A stretch of 6,635 bases of DNA from Amoeboradix gromovi X-113 (Eukaryota; Fungi; Sanchytriomycota): the NCBI GenBank assembly GCA_018985225.1, contig JADGIF010000561.1, positions 1 through 6,635 on the forward strand, read 5' to 3'. Below the pieces are notes generated by a model. The model was given only the letters and a program-made list of their open reading frames with translations, did not search any database and was not told the DNA's origin. The position numbers were made by a program, and so were the translations under genes. Below, piece by piece: positions 6,624-6,635 of this stretch; the first letter of the stretch is position 1; each line of letters opens with the position of its first letter.

Positions 6624-6635
6624 CCATAACTTTAT

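Noticed and set aside
6424-6627. 67-aa minus-strand ORF starting in the right end element
   Set aside because: The homologous left copy does not preserve it (the ATG is out of register and the equivalent frame diverges after the core); most likely incidental.
1-6635. Autonomous DNA transposon, Polinton, linear plasmid or amplification fold-back chimera as the source of the inverted ends
   Set aside because: No transposase, integrase or protein-primed polymerase is encoded; a fold-back artefact would give near-identical, long adjacent arms rather than diverged 50-bp arms 6.5 kb apart.

Overview
AT-rich, very compact eukaryotic DNA, most likely from a zoosporic (flagellated) early-diverging fungus. 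This is inferred from a fungal-type V-ATPase H N-terminus (IPWEGY), CTAAY branch points and a CatSper-family channel. Five protein genes are supported: 26S proteasome lid subunit RPN7 (739-1796, +, one 20-nt intron), a CatSper3-like 6-TM channel (2208-3428, +), a minimal oxidoreductase-like (OXLD1-type) Cys-motif protein (3445-3663, -), V-ATPase subunit H (3719-5050, -, one 21-nt intron) and an orphan low-complexity, possibly secreted repeat protein (5120-6400, -). The most striking feature is that the two ends of the window carry the same ~50-bp element in inverted orientation, 9 and 12 nt from the termini, with colinear degenerate motifs continuing inward for ~140-170 bp. This suggests a few-gene linear mini-chromosome with conserved subterminal elements, or a contig broken at a repeat family. 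Also notable are spliceosomal introns near the known minimum size, a CatSper3-like pore with a bacterial-Nav-like TAESW filter and a full S4, and a GC-elevated, hairpin-rich ~340-bp interval that may be an unrecognised ncRNA.
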